Shown here: positions 49,491 to 62,490 of the stretch, piece by piece
Layout of the letters: each line of letters begins with the position of its first letter
Numbering within the stretch: the stretch's first letter is position 1
Assembly: GCA_907165135.1 (NCBI GenBank)
Contig: OU015569.1
Span: 10,602,001 to 10,666,000, forward strand
Reading direction: 5' to 3'
DNA: 64,000 bases
DNA from: Oikopleura dioica
Taxonomy: Eukaryota; Animalia; Chordata
Position numbers and translations under genes: made by a program
Notes under the pieces: generated by a model
The model's database searches: none
Told to the model about the DNA's origin: nothing
What the model saw: the letters and a program-made list of their open reading frames with translations, nothing else

Positions 49491-49579
49491 TAGTCGCTGC
49501 CAAGTTCAACTCGAACTGGGGAGCAGAATACACCTGTGTTTATAGAACTCGAGTTCACGGCTCCCTCCAGAACCTGTAA
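49491..49579 (+). pseudogene. Orphan 3' fragment of a SUN-domain paralog
   Basis: Encodes KFNSNWGAEYTCVYRTRVHGSLQNL*, versus KFNSNWGAEHTCIYRTRVHGLLSHNVV* at ~52110-52190. No upstream SUN sequence is seen. Confidence 0.75.
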
Positions 49580-50413
49580 AACGGAAAGACTAGCTAATAA
49601 CTTGAAGAAATTGAATCTTCTCTCGAGCTCTTCTTGATTATAAACAACATCTTTTGAATAAGCATCGGCATGATCAAAGCATTTCTTTAGAGGATACAGG
49701 CAAAAATAGGCGAATTGACTGAGCGCGTATAACCAATCAACGCCCGTGGAAATTTGGCGAGCGCCTATTTTTCGGATAACTCAAGAACGAGGGCCTCGTT
49801 ACGAGGCGCGAAAATTGAGAAATTTTAGAGAAAAGTGGCGAAGGGTTTCGTTGATCCAGTAGAATTTTTCACTTACGAGAAGAATAGATTTCGTAAAGAT
49901 GAATTTAATAATTGCATAATTTAGAATAGGAGCATTAATTTCCTCCCTTTTGTATCATTTTCCCAGCCTTAGGCTGCGAAAAAGTCTTTTGAAATCTGAT
50001 TAGTTAGAAATCGTTCGTGAAGGACCGTTTAGTTAAAAATAGGAAAAAAACCGGCCGTGTTGTTGAATTTTTATGCCCAAATTAGGAAAAAAACCGGCGT
50101 TTTTCGAATGCAGCTGCATTTCGAGTTTTCGTCATTTTTTTTTATTTCTGGAGAGTGACGCCTTCATTTTGTATTTCCTGATTGAGAGGACCAGAGACGG
50201 GTTAAATAATAAAATATTTACGAGGCTTCAAGCTTTTTTAATTCAGACTGCGATTTCGGAGCTACGAGAGCTTTGTTGGCGAGAGACTATCTGTAGTTAA
50301 AGTTTTTCTTGCAGGTAAGTGTGAATTTCAAACTTGGGCGCCAGGTTGAAAAAAGCTATTTAAAAGTTTTGAGTTCCTGAAAATATTTTTAGATCGCGAG
50401 CGAGAGAAAGACA

Positions 50414-52190
50414 ATGCGGAGACTGGGACAGACCGAACATGTCGTCCAGGCACGAAGATCTGCGGTTACTCCGGCGAAGGCGCGGCCAGAGAAGTACCAC
50501 GGTGTTGTGCGCGAACTGTACGTTGCACGGGTGTTTACTGTAGCTGCATGCCGCAGCATGCGGATTTCCCTTGCTAGTTAATTTTTAGATTTCGATTTTT
50601 GTGGTTCTTTCAATCGAAATCCAGGCTTTTTTTTAATTTCCGATCCTCCTGCGCGGGTATTTTCAAAGCTCAGACTCATAAATATCTGCTCAGGGGTGGA
50701 AAGATTTATTCTTGTTTTAAAATTTGTCTTCTTAGGCCAAAGGTGGATCTCGACCGAACAAGCGGATCCAGCGGAAGCAGCTTCAATGCCTCAACCCTTC
50801 TTTTTGCGAATCCGGAGCCTGTGTCTTACATAACGCGGGTTGAGCAATGCATCAAAGACAATCTCCGAACAGTCGTAGCTGTCTTTGGATTGTAAGTCTT
50901 ATGTAGAGAAAAATGGGCTGTTTCTAATGTTATTTTAGCTTGCTGATCATTTGCGTCGCCGCGCAAATGGGGCGCTTCGAGGAGACCTCCTCCCCTGAGC
51001 CCCATTTTGAAAAGATCGTCGAGACGCAAATCGTCCCCGACTTTTCCCCGATGCAAGAGCAGCTCCAAGAACTAAAACTCTTGATCGCTCAGCTCAACGA
51101 AAAACAAGCGGCGTCTGATGAGCTCCTCGCCGCTCATCAACTGCAAAATCAGAAGCTGTTGGAGCAAATCGCTGCTCAAGCCACTACACCGGCCCCAGCT
51201 ACAGTTGCACCACCGCAAATTGATTATGAGCCGTGCGATTTCAAAGAGTCTGAGGAGAGGATTCTGGCATCGCTGGAGGATCAGCTAAATGAGTTTCAGA
51301 AGAACCAACAGGTGATTCAGGACGATTTCGAGGGCAAATACGACATCTTTCTTTCGCAGGTAAAACCGATTAAATCAGCGGCGAAAGTGATGCTCTTCTA
51401 TGTCTTCAACTGTCAATCATTTTCCTTTATTCAGATAGCGGAAGTGTCCAAAGCCCTTCGAGAGATTCCTCCAGCTGCGGTTACATCATCTTCAACTGCA
51501 AATCCGTCTCTTTCGCCGCCTCAAGAAACGATTCCGGACATTGCTCAGATGCTCGATGAGAAGCTCTGGAAATTCGATGCTGATAGAACTGGACTGGCTG
51601 ATTTTGCGCTTGAATCAGCTGGCGCTGAAATCATCCCAGGTAAATATTTTTGTTTTGAATTAATTAAAACAATCGATTTAGAATTGACAACTCAAGGATT
51701 GAAGAATAACTCGCCGATCCTGTCGATCTGGAAGTTTCCAGTCTTCTATCAGACAATGTCTCCTCGCATCGCCATCACACCAGGCGCGTATCCGGGCACC
51801 TGCTTCGCCTTTGCTGGTGGCTCGGGAACACTTGCCATCAAGCTTTCCCAGCCAGTCGTCGTCCAAAACATCACCCTTCAGCACATCCCAAAGGTTAGCG
51901 TTTTTCCGTCATCTCCAAACTCATCCTTCTTGAAGGAGACATCACCAGTCGGGCACATCAACAGTGCTCCGCGCGGGTTTGAGCTCTTCTCCGTCGACGG
52001 ACGAACCGAACAGCCCCTCGGAGAGTTCGTTTTCGATGCAGAAGGGAAGCCGATCCAGACGTTCCAAGTGAAGAGCAACTCCCTTGTCTCTGCTGCCGTG
52101 AAGTTCAAGTTCAACTCGAACTGGGGCGCAGAGCACACTTGTATCTATAGAACTAGAGTTCACGGTTTGCTCTCGCACAATGTAGTCTAG
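50414..52190 (+). CDS. SUN1/2: SUN-domain inner nuclear membrane protein (LINC complex); start uncertain
   Basis: TM segment and coiled coil, then ADRTGLADFALESAGAEII, SPRIAITPGAYPGTCFAFAG, ITLQHIPK, SAPRGFE, LGEFVFD..GKPIQTF and SNWGAEHTCIYRTRVHG. Confidence 0.92.
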
Positions 52191-52659
52191 GATTTCACTT
52201 CAACAACAACTAACTGACCTTCACTAACACTTTTTCACGCCCCATGTAAACTTTCTTCCGCTTTGTATTCAAATTCTATCCACCGAATAGTTTCACCTTA
52301 CTGCCACCTTCAACATATTCAAACATTCCCTGCGCAAAAATAAAACTAATAAACGAGTACATTTTTGTGCTTCAGGAAATTATCACTCGCTTATTTCTAT
52401 TTCTTTTTGAAAGCAGATATTTTCTTGAGATTAGAATTTTCGAGCAGGGTATTGAGTTGTGCAAAGTTTTCATCATCTTTACAGACAGATTAGATCCTAA
52501 TGACGCATTACTGGAATGGAGCACTGTCAGAAGCTCTTTGGCGCTTTGCAGGAAGCACAGGCACGCCCTCCAAATGGAACCAGGGCGAGTTTTTGCTGAA
52601 TATAAGGAATTAGCAACAGTTCTGATATCATTTCACTGCCAAGGAAATCAAAGAAGATA

Positions 52660-52836
52660 ATGAAACTCCTGTTCATCCTCTTCTCTCTAGCAACTTGCTA
52701 CACGGCCACAAGCATGCATTTGAAAATGCTTCGCTCAAGAAAGTTCGCCACTGAACCAAGAAGATCAACCATTTCAAATGAAACCATCAAATCTGTCGAA
52801 CTTAGACGTCAAATTGTTCTTCAGTATTTATTATAA
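52660..52836 (+). CDS. Candidate 58-aa secreted peptide precursor
   Basis: MKLLFILFSLATCYTATSMHLKMLRSRKFATEPRRSTISNETIKSVELRRQIVLQYLL*: signal-peptide-like start and three dibasic sites. Below the ORF-track cutoff. Confidence 0.35.
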   Translation: MKLLFILFSLATCYTATSMHLKMLRSRKFATEPRRSTISNETIKSVELRRQIVLQYLL

Positions 52837-53177
52837 TTCTGAGCCAATTTTGGTCAAACATTTTGTCAATAAAGAAAACCTTTCAATTTGAAAATCGAAT
52901 TTGTGCATTTTTCATAATGATCATCCCTTGTTTGCAGCATCTTTTCAACAAAAAGAAAAATATCTTGCTCGTTGTTCGGCGAGAACGAAAATAAAAAGTT
53001 TGTGTGAGCGACATCGCTCATTACTGTTGTTGACCGTAGCTCAGAGCGAACCTAAAAGGTGCTGTACGTAGTTCTGATCTCAATTGTTTACCCTTTCTCT
53101 CAATAAATCGAGAGTTCAAGATCCGCCTCAGTTAAAAGAATCAAAATGAAGATTTTCAAGAGTCTCGCATTGCTCTT

Positions 53178-54338
53178 TTCAGGCTCAAGTGCCCAAGAGA
53201 GTCCAGATGACACGATTAGAAATATGATTATTATGGGCCAGGTGAGAGGATTTGATGAATTTCCGCTAAAACAAAAAGGGCTCGTTTCGTCCGCCGAGTG
53301 CAATGCTGATCGCCATGGTCAACCAGAACAGTCACAGCGAGAACAAGGAGGCAGCAGTTGAGGCACTGCTCAAAGGCTCCGAGAAGTTTCATGGAATCGA
53401 CATCAACTCGAAAGACTACATGGGCCGTTCGGTACTGATGAACGCGGTCAACAACGTCGACATCGAAATGGTCCGACACCTCTTCAAAGTCGATGAAGGT
53501 AAACAAACGGCACCCGGGTTGTGGAATTCCTATCAGTTCTATCTATGTTTAATTTAAGAAAACGATAATGTCGGGCCCCTTCGAATTGACGATACAGATC
53601 ACTGGGGCGGAACTGCGCTTCATCTTATCGTCCGCGCTCCTTTCAAGGTACTCTTCCTTGATTCCAAAGAAACTTTTTTTACTCAACAAAATCAAAGCCA
53701 TACGGTTTCGGCGAGACTGTTGAAGATTGGCCACTCAAAAGACGATTCGAAAAGGCAAACACTGTTTTGCGAATTCTTCTAAACAAGGGCGCCAATGTCA
53801 ATCAATTAAATAACTATGGCCAGGGTTATCGTCTCAACTTATTGAACTGAGAATGTGACTTAGATAACCTGAGACAGACAAACTCCTCTTATGCTTGCTG
53901 CGTCGAATGGATTCTCCCCTGGAGTTGAGATGGTTTGATCATCGCATCAATAAGCCCGGTAATGATTTCCCTCATTTAGCTTGCTGGAGAATACGGCGCC
54001 GACGTCAACGTTGTTAGCCCAGATTCATTTTCAAACGGCCTCCCGAATCGCAAAGCGGGATACTCGGGTAAAAGAATTTCATCATCAAATGCAAACAAGC
54101 TCTATTAACGAACTTTGTGGCAAGAGTTTTTTTGGACAAATTCCATGTTTGCTCACGAGCAATTTTGAAAAAAAAAGTCGACAATCAGTAGTTTATCATC
54201 AATTCAGCTCTGGACATTGCTGTGGAGCAAAAGGCCTATCTGACTTCCTTGGAGCGAGATGTTTATTACTACGACATGGTGATCCAATTCCTCTGCAATA
54301 ATGGAGGGCAACAGTTTAAGACTGAAAATGTTTGCTGA
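53178..54338 (+). CDS. Ankyrin-repeat protein (5' end unresolved)
   Basis: DINSKDYMGRSVLMNAV, DHWGGTALHLIV, LNKGANVNQLNNYGQ|TPLMLAASNG and LLEYGADVN lie in consecutive short exons. Confidence 0.6.
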
Positions 54339-55039
54339 TCAATAAACTTTTTACTTTCTAAAGTTAGTGAGAAAAAACCGTGTAACGCAAAGTGATTGAC
54401 CTTTGTTAAAGCAGGTGGCAGGGATCGAGGGGAGCATCCGGTGGTCAGATAAGTGCGGTTAACTATCGATTCGCACCGTAAATCTTATTAAACATTGCAG
54501 GGCGCGAATGAAAAGTCCGCCTGGCACTTCAAGCGCGACACCTCTACTTGAGTAGCTCGTAACGTGCTTTATATGATGAAATCGTCTGTTTGAGTAGTTC
54601 ATGTTTGATAGACACTCTTTCTCAAAGGCCCCGCGTCCTATAACAAGTGTAATAGCTCTTCGAAAGGCATTTTGAGCGACATGATTCGATGGGTACTTGT
54701 CATTGCTATCTAGTAATCCTGTCAGATTCCGTCTCCACGATGTTAATACAGTAGTTTTTGCCTGCAATCTATAAAATATGGTTCAGCAAAATAGGAACTG
54801 ATTCACCATTTTCTGATGTTGAAAAATCGGTTTGAAAAAGGAAATTGACGGAGTATTTTGTTTTGAAGGCAGGAAATTCCAAATGAGCCATCAAACAGGA
54901 TCAATCTCCGCCTAGGCCAAATAAAGCACTTGATGCTCACCATAGAGATCTTGATGAAGTGCCTATGCAAAGAAAAGTAACGAAGTCAATATTGAACTTC
55001 TGTCATATATAGCCGACTGTCGCCCGCTGCGCTGCGACA

Positions 55040-58000
55040 ATGAGAGATTTCATAAAATTTCTAATTGGTAAGTTAGAGTTCCGCTTCGTTATGATAAGAT
55101 TTACTTAGCCGGCCTGGTCGGTTCCGGCCTGGCCCTGGTCATTGCCCTCCCCATTCTACTAATTGATAACTCTGACGATGTGCCGGCAAACGACAATGGC
55201 GACAACGATTCCTCCTCCAATTCTGGCCAGGTCTTCCCTGACAACGACTTTTTGAAGTTCGACGACGTCTGGACTGGTAAACTCTCTTCCAAATCATTCA
55301 ACCCAACCTTCTCCGCTGTGAACCCAAACCAGTACATTTGCACCTCAAGAAAACAAGACGGAACTGGAACTGATTTACCAGATGGAGAATTCGAACTCTA
55401 CCGGGTCGACATCGAACTTTACGATGCTGTTCAACAAGGCGATTGTGCCAGTTACGGAGAGCGAATCACCAACAGTACCAAGTTTAGCAAGGAATACAAA
55501 ACTGCCGGAGGCCAAAGATATTACCTTTCTCCAAATGAAAAATACATCCTCTACAGAAATAACTACCAAAAGCAATGGCGACACTCCTTCTTCGCTGACT
55601 ATTACATCTGGGATATTGAAGCTGATCAGGAATTGAAAACTGCTCACATTTCTACGCATAAACAAGCTCAATTTGCTGGCTGGTCACCAAATGCCGAAGG
55701 AGACACCAAGCTCGTTTGGGTCACCAACAATAAGGATATCTACTACAGCACTGACAATGACAAGTTTGCCACTGGCAATCGAGTCACTAACGATGGTGGC
55801 TGGTGCTTGAAAAAACATCACTTGCTCGGCGTTGAATACGAAACTGTTTCCGACAAGTGCATGTACAACGGAGTGCCTGAGTGGAATTACGAAGAAGAAA
55901 TGGTCAGTTCAACCAACACGATCTACTGGGCCCCTGATGGTTCTCACTTCACATTCGTTGCTTTTGATGTTACTGACATTCCCGTTCTTGAATACAGGTG
56001 AGAACAGAACACTTAAGCAAGTCGTAAAAGTTAAGTGTGTACCCTGAACATGAAACCGCCTCGAGTGCAAAGGATATTGATGAAACAACATTTGAGCAGT
56101 TCCCACGAGTAAACATACTTCAATTCGCAAAGACTGCCGGCCCCATTGCCAAGACTAAGTTCTGGATTGTTGAGGCCAAGGTGAGAAAACCTCACATATA
56201 TATGAGCTCATCAAAATCTTAAGCCTACTGGATTCAATATCAACAACGACAAGCTCGAACTTGTTCCAACTAAAGATAATACTCTCAGATTTGAGCGAGG
56301 AGTCGGAAATGATCAAGAAAATCGATATTTCACAAGAATTTCCTTCTCTCCTGATAGCTCAAAGTTTGTGATGACCTGGAGCAGCCGAGCTGCGACTCAG
56401 TCTAAGTCTATTGTCTGCGCCGTTTCCACCACAGGTGCTGGCTGCAAGGTATATTTAGAATTAGAGATCGAATATTAATGTTTATTCAGCAACAAGGAGA
56501 CGGAGAAGTTGGAGGTGTCTTCGGTAGTTTTGACAACAATGGGGAATGGATAAATTCCGCCAACAATGGAGCTGGTCAAGAAAATAAATACCACGGTTGG
56601 GTTGGATCTTTTGGTCCCTTCAGCCCTATCATGGCCGATAATGGCGAATTCTTCACGATCCATTCCAAGAAAACTACCAAAAAGTCAGCGGAACTCCATC
56701 CATTTGGAATGGAAATCCTTGATGGATATTGGAATGTCGTCAAAGTTGCTGCTGATGGCACCCAGACTTTCCTGACTGACAGCGTTGATGGAGAATGGAC
56801 CGTCACTGAATTGAACTTCCACGATACCAAGAACAATTTCTTGTACTTTACTGCCGCCCGTGGCGCAGATATCAAAACTGAGTATAAACGACATGTTTAT
56901 CGAGTCAAGACGGATGTTAATTCTCCTCAAGCAGAACCCGAGTGTGTTACCTGCAAGCTTGATCAAGAGGATGCCAACGGAAACAGTCACTGCGGATGGG
57001 TTAACTTCAGACGTAACTGTCAGCAGACAGTGGACGATCCACAGGCAAGTAGAAAGGACTGCGTAATGCGATTTTTGCTAATTGCCGAGGAGACAAACGC
57101 CCGATGACCTATCTATCTCGCGTCGGTCAAGATTTTGGTACTGAAGTCAATTTCGACACGTACGAAGAGAACGATGCTCTCCAAGCCACACTCGATGAGA
57201 TGAAGGGTTACCCCACTGTCAAGCGAGGAAAATGGAATAACTCAAAGTGGGGCGGTCTCCAGCATAATTATGAGATTTATCTTCCAAAGAGCTACAGCGA
57301 GAACAACGACCGAAAGTACCCCGTCTTCCTCGAAGTATACGCCGGCCCAGAGTTCCAGAAAGTTCAGCAGACCTTCAAGACCGGTTGGGCTCAGGTTCAC
57401 ATGCCCGCCGCTTACGATTGCATCGTCGTTTCCATCGACGGTCGAGGCAGTGCCTTCCAGGGTGATCTTTTCATGTTTGCCAACTACAAGGCACTCGGTC
57501 AAACCGAACGAGTCGATCAGACTGACTTTGCCTACTGGCTCGCCAACGAGAGTGAATATGCCGCACGAATCGACAAGAGCCGAATGTCCGTCTACGGCTG
57601 GTCCTACGGTGGATACACTACCACTCACATCGTTGGCTACGGCGGTGGCGAGCACGGGCGGGTTTTCACTAGCGGTGTTGCTGTTGCTCCTCTTGCTGAC
57701 TGGCGATTTTACGATGCTATGTACGCTGAGCGATACATGGACTACACAGGAGAAGCCGACGAGATCATGCAGGTAACTAAAACTCACTAAATTCAATCAC
57801 CCACTCAAAAAATCAAGCCCCACTGGAAGAACGCTTCAATGATCGAACGACCTATCCTTGAAAACGAGATGCAACACTTCGATGGAGGAAACTACCACTT
57901 GATCCACGGAACCAACGACGACAACGTCCAGTTCCTTAGCGCCGCTCGAATGGAAAAGGCCCTTGTTGAGCGAGGAATCGACTTCGACAACTTTGTAAGT

Positions 58001-58175
58001 TTTTGATATCAACGATGAAAAGTTACTTTCTTTCTAGTTCTACGCCGACGAAGATCACTCGATCCGATCGACTCAGACTGTCCAGCAGCACGTCTACAGA
58101 AACATCATCACAAGAATTATCAAATCCTGGGGTTACGTCTGGAACGGCGACGGCGAAGGAGCCACTCGACTTTAG
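55040..58175 (+). CDS. DPP4: Dipeptidyl peptidase IV family (S9B) type II membrane peptidase
   Basis: N-terminal TM anchor, KQWRHSF, YNGVPEWNYEEE, YAGP, DGRGS..QG, catalytic GWSYGG, AVAPLADWRFYD..YAERYM, HGTNDDNV and YADEDHSI. DPP4/FAP/DPP6 orthology is not resolved. Confidence 0.9.
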
Positions 58176-60244
58176 ACATAATATAAATCCAATCATGAGA
58201 TGACTGATCTGCTTGCTTAAGAAATGAAGTTATCTTTATGAACGTGAATAATATAGAACAATGAATTTGCTGCAAAACGAGAATAAATTGCTCGGGTCAA
58301 AAATAGCTCGCAAGCCTGGATTCAACAATTTTTTTCCACTAAGCTGCATTCGCAGATTTATTAAGAACATCTTCTGCCTATCCACGGGCAGGAGTCAGCC
58401 TTTTTTAATCTAGCCCTCTTTTCAACCTCAAACATGAAATTAATTAGACTCAATCTGCTTTAGAACCACCCTGCTCAAATAAGGACACAAGAAACGAATT
58501 TAAAAAAAATGATAATTTATTTTCCGTAGGAAGCTTGATTTGCCATCGCAGGATTAAATCGTACACTGTTACACAATCGGGATGAGTATGAATTCGCCGC
58601 AGTGTCTCGCTCGCTGTTTTCTTCCTTTCTCTTTTTCAAGAGGAATGTGAGGAATTCACTCTTTGAGATCCTCAGTTTTTCAATCGGCGTTTCGGGGAGC
58701 AAAATGGCAAGCAGAAGATATACGACTGCCGACCATTAGACTCCATCACGAGGTGCCCTCATAATTTTATCTGAAAGAGAAGCATTTAGTAATTATGTGA
58801 AAAATAAAGTTGCTTGAAATTATAAAAGAAGTGTAAATGACAGCAAGACGAATCTGCAGGTGATGAAGAACAGTGAATGTTAATATTTTGAGCGGAGTTT
58901 ATACTCATGTTGTCTCTGTATTGCTCCTTTTGAAGGTCGTACTCTTCCTTGGTTCTTCCAAATTTCTTAACCATTCTCGTCGATGGGCGGGTTCCTCTTT
59001 TTCTGGTTTCTCAGAAGCCGAGACCATCGACGATGGGTTCGACCTTCTCTCCGGATGGCGGGGTTGACAGTCAGAACCAACAGACAAATAGATAGGCTAA
59101 CCGCGGTGTTTTTCGATTTTCAAGGTTCTTTTGAAAAATCTCCCCATACTTTCTGAACATATGCATCAAGACAAGCCTTGAAAAACTGCACTTGCAGAAT
59201 TTTCGATATGAGTCATCTTACCTCTTTTTTTGGGGGATTTTTAGCAAGAAAAAAAGCACTAGTTTGATTAGAAGCGGCTTTTGAGTGCGTGCTAGATCGA
59301 TTTTGATAATTTGATGCCTACCATGTGAAAGATAAGCGCAAGACGCGTCGATACATATGAAATTTATTATTGCGGAGCGCTTCCTTCATATGATTCTAGA
59401 GCTCCAAAGTTTACGCAAGCGGCCAGATACGAAAATCCAATATTATCAACTTCTGATATAAGTATGCTATGATGATGTTTTATAGCTCAAATTAAAGCTT
59501 ATGAATCACTGAACAAAATGGCGTGGTATTTTTTTGACCAGCCGGTGGTGCTTCCGGTTCGTCGCGGTTCATACCCGGAAATAGGTCAAAATGTGGAAAT
59601 ATGTATATCAAATGAATTCATTTTCAACAGCGATTCTTTTAAACATATTCAGAAGTTCAACCGCCTGGTTACTCTTGCGGTTCATGGTGGTTCATGGTGG
59701 TTCAAGCGCAGAAATGAGCAAAATAGCAGCAATATGTATATCAAATTGAAACTTATATTAAGTACATTCATAAAATCATTAAATAAGCCCGAACCAACCG
59801 GTAACTCTCCCGGTAAATGGCGGTTCAAGACGGTTCAAGCCGGTTCAAGCTAAAAACATGCTCATAATGGTTCAATATGGTTATCAAATGTATTCATTTA
59901 CAAGAGCGAGTCTTTAAAACACATTATGAAATTAAACCGCCCGGTTATTCAATATATATTTATATATTTTATATATTTATCAATATGTATATCAACTTGA
60001 ATCTTGTATTAAGAACATTCGTCGAATGATTGAATAAGCCAAAACCACTGAGAAAGTCTCGTGGTAAAAAGCGGTTTCTGACGGTTCAAGCCGTTTCAAG
60101 CCCAATATATGCTTAAAATGGTTCAATATGTATATCAAATGTAAACATTATATCAAATATATATTAAATATAATATATATATATTAAATATATATTATTA
60201 TATCAAATGTAAATTATATTAAACAACTCTTTTGAATCTTTAGG

Positions 60245-61830
60245 GAGGCAAGGCCCGTTATAACAATTCAGTCTGAGACGGGGCCAAGCCGACCCGAAGG
60301 GGAGGCCAGGCCCGTTTATACAATTCAGTCTGAGACGGGGCCAAGCCGACCCGAAGGGGAGGCCAGGCCCGTTTATACAATTCAGTCTGAGACGGGGCCA
60401 AGCCGACCCAAAGGGGAGGCCAGGCCCGTTTATACAAATCAGTCTGAGACGGGGCCAAGCCGACCCAAAGGGGAGGCCAGGCCCGTTTATACAAATCAGT
60501 CTGAGACGGGGCCAAGCCGACCCGAAGGGGAGGCCAGGCCCGTTTATACAATTCAGTCTGAGACGGGGCCAAGCCGACCCAAAGGGAGGCCAGGCCCGTT
60601 TATACAATTCAGTCTGAGACGGGGCCAAGCCGACCCGAAGGGGAGGCCAGGCCCGTTTATACAATTCAGTCTGAGACGGGGCCAAGCCGACCCGAAGGGG
60701 AGGCAAGGCCCGTTTATACAATTCAGTCTGAGACGGGGCAAAGGCGACCCGAAGGGAGGCCAGGCCCGTTTCTACAATTCAGTCTGAGACGGGGCCAAGC
60801 CGACCCGAAGGGGAGGCAAGGCCCGTTTATACAATTCAGTCTGAGACGGGGCCAAGCCGACCCGAAGGGGAGGCCAGGCCCGTTTATACAATTCAGTCTG
60901 AGACGGGGCCAAGCCGACCCGAAGGGGAGGCAAGGCCCGTTTATACAATTCAGTCTGAGACGGGGCAAAGGCGACCCGAAGGGGAGGCCAGGCCCGTTTC
61001 TACAATTCAGTCTGAGACGGGGCCAAGCCGACCCGAAGGGGAGGCAAGGCCCGTTTATACAATTCAGTCTGAGACGGGGCAAAGGCGACCCGAAGGTGAG
61101 GCCAGGCCCGTTTCTACAATTCAGTCTGAGACGGGGCAAAGGCGACCCGAAGGTGAGGCCAGGCCCGTTTCTACAATTCAGTCTGAGACGGCCCGTTTAT
61201 ACAATTCAGTCTGAGACGGGGCCAAGCCGACCCGAAGGGGAGGCAAGGCCCGTTTATACAATTCAGTCTGAGACGGGGCCAAGCCGACCCAAGAGAGAGG
61301 CCAGCCCCGTTCATACAATTTAGTCTGAGACGGGGCCAAGCCGACCCGACGGGGAGGCCAGGCCCGTTTATATGATTCAGACTTTGACGGCTCCAAGCCG
61401 ACCCGAAGGGGGCCAGGCCCATTTAAACAATTCAGACTGAGACGGGGCCGAGCCGACCCGAAGGAGAGGCAAGGCCTGTTTTTACAATTCAGTCTGAGAC
61501 GGGGCTAATTCGACCCGAGGGGGGGCCAGGCCCATTTAAACAATTCAGACTGAGACGGGGCCGAGCCGACCCGAAGGAGAGGCAAGGCCTGTTTTACAAT
61601 TCAGTCTTAGACAGGGCAAAGCCGACCCGAAGGGGAGGCAAGGCCCGTTTATACAATTCAGACTGTGACGGCGCCAAGCCGACCCGAAGGGGTGGCCAGG
61701 CCGATTTAAACAATTCAGACTAAGACGGGGCCGAGCCGACTCGAAGGGGAGGCAAGCCTGTTTACACAATTCAGTCTGAGACGGGGCTCCTTCGACCCGA
61801 GGGGGAGGCAAGACCCGTTTATACAATTCA
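60245..61830 (+). repeat. 57-bp GC-rich minisatellite, ~28 copies (left array)
   Basis: Unit GGGGCCAAGCCGACCCGAAGGGGAGGCCAGGCCCGTTTATACAATTCAGTCTGAGAC, which explains the 19-aa periodic spurious ORFs. Confidence 0.95.
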
Positions 61831-61854
61831 ATCTGAGTTTGCTGGTCGACATGG

Positions 61855-62490
61855 CCCCGTTGCTTCGGGTCGGCTTGGCCCCGTCTCAGACTGAATTGTA
61901 TAAACTGGCCTGGCCTCCCCTTTGGGTCGGCTTGGCCCCGTCTCAGTCTGAATTGAATAAACGGGCCTGGCCTCCCTATCGGGTCGAATTAGCCCCGTCT
62001 CAGACTGAATTGTATTAACATGCCTTGCCTCCCCTTCGGGTCGGCTCGGCTCCGTCTGAGTCTGAATTGTATAAACGGGCCTTGCCTCCCCTTCGGGTCG
62101 GCTTGGCCCCGTCTCAGACTGAATTGTATAAACGGGCCTGGGCTCCCCTTCGGGTCGGCTTGGCCCCGTCTCAGACTGAATTGTATAAACGGGCCTGGCC
62201 TCCCCTTCGGGTCGGCTTGGCCCCGTCTCAGACTGATTTGTATAAACGGGCCTGGCCTCCCTTTGGGTCGGCTTGGCCCCGTCTCAGACTGATTTGTATA
62301 AACGGGCCTGGCCTCCCTTTGGGTCGGCTTGGCCCCGTCTCAGACTGAATTGTATAAACGGGCCTGGCCTCCCCTTCGGGTCGGCTTGGCCCCGTCTCAG
62401 ACTGAATTGTATAAACGGGCCTGGCCTCCCCTTCGGGTCGGCTTGGCCCCGTCTCAGACTGAATTGTTATAACGGGCCTTGCCTCCCCTA
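61855..62490 (-). repeat. Same 57-bp minisatellite, inverted, ~11 copies (right array)
   Basis: Reverse complement of the left-array unit. Confidence 0.95.

Noticed and set aside
54459-54767. 102-aa minus-strand ORF
   Set aside because: No recognisable motif and no convincing exon chain; left unannotated.
58517-59087. Minus-strand gene fragments next to the foldback insertion
   Set aside because: No consistent in-frame exon chain could be built, including across the reconstructed empty site.
59518-59853. 111-aa ORF and its identical copy at 62904-63239 as a transposase or gene pair
   Set aside because: Mirror images created by the inverted arms, with no DDE or BED motifs.
60245-62490. CRISPR-like array
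   Set aside because: Units are head-to-tail with no unique spacers, the context is eukaryotic and there are no cas genes. It is a minisatellite.
60245-62490. Tandem hammerhead ribozymes
   Set aside because: Neither strand has the CUGANGA...GAAA...UH core; only CTGAGA and CTGAAT occur.
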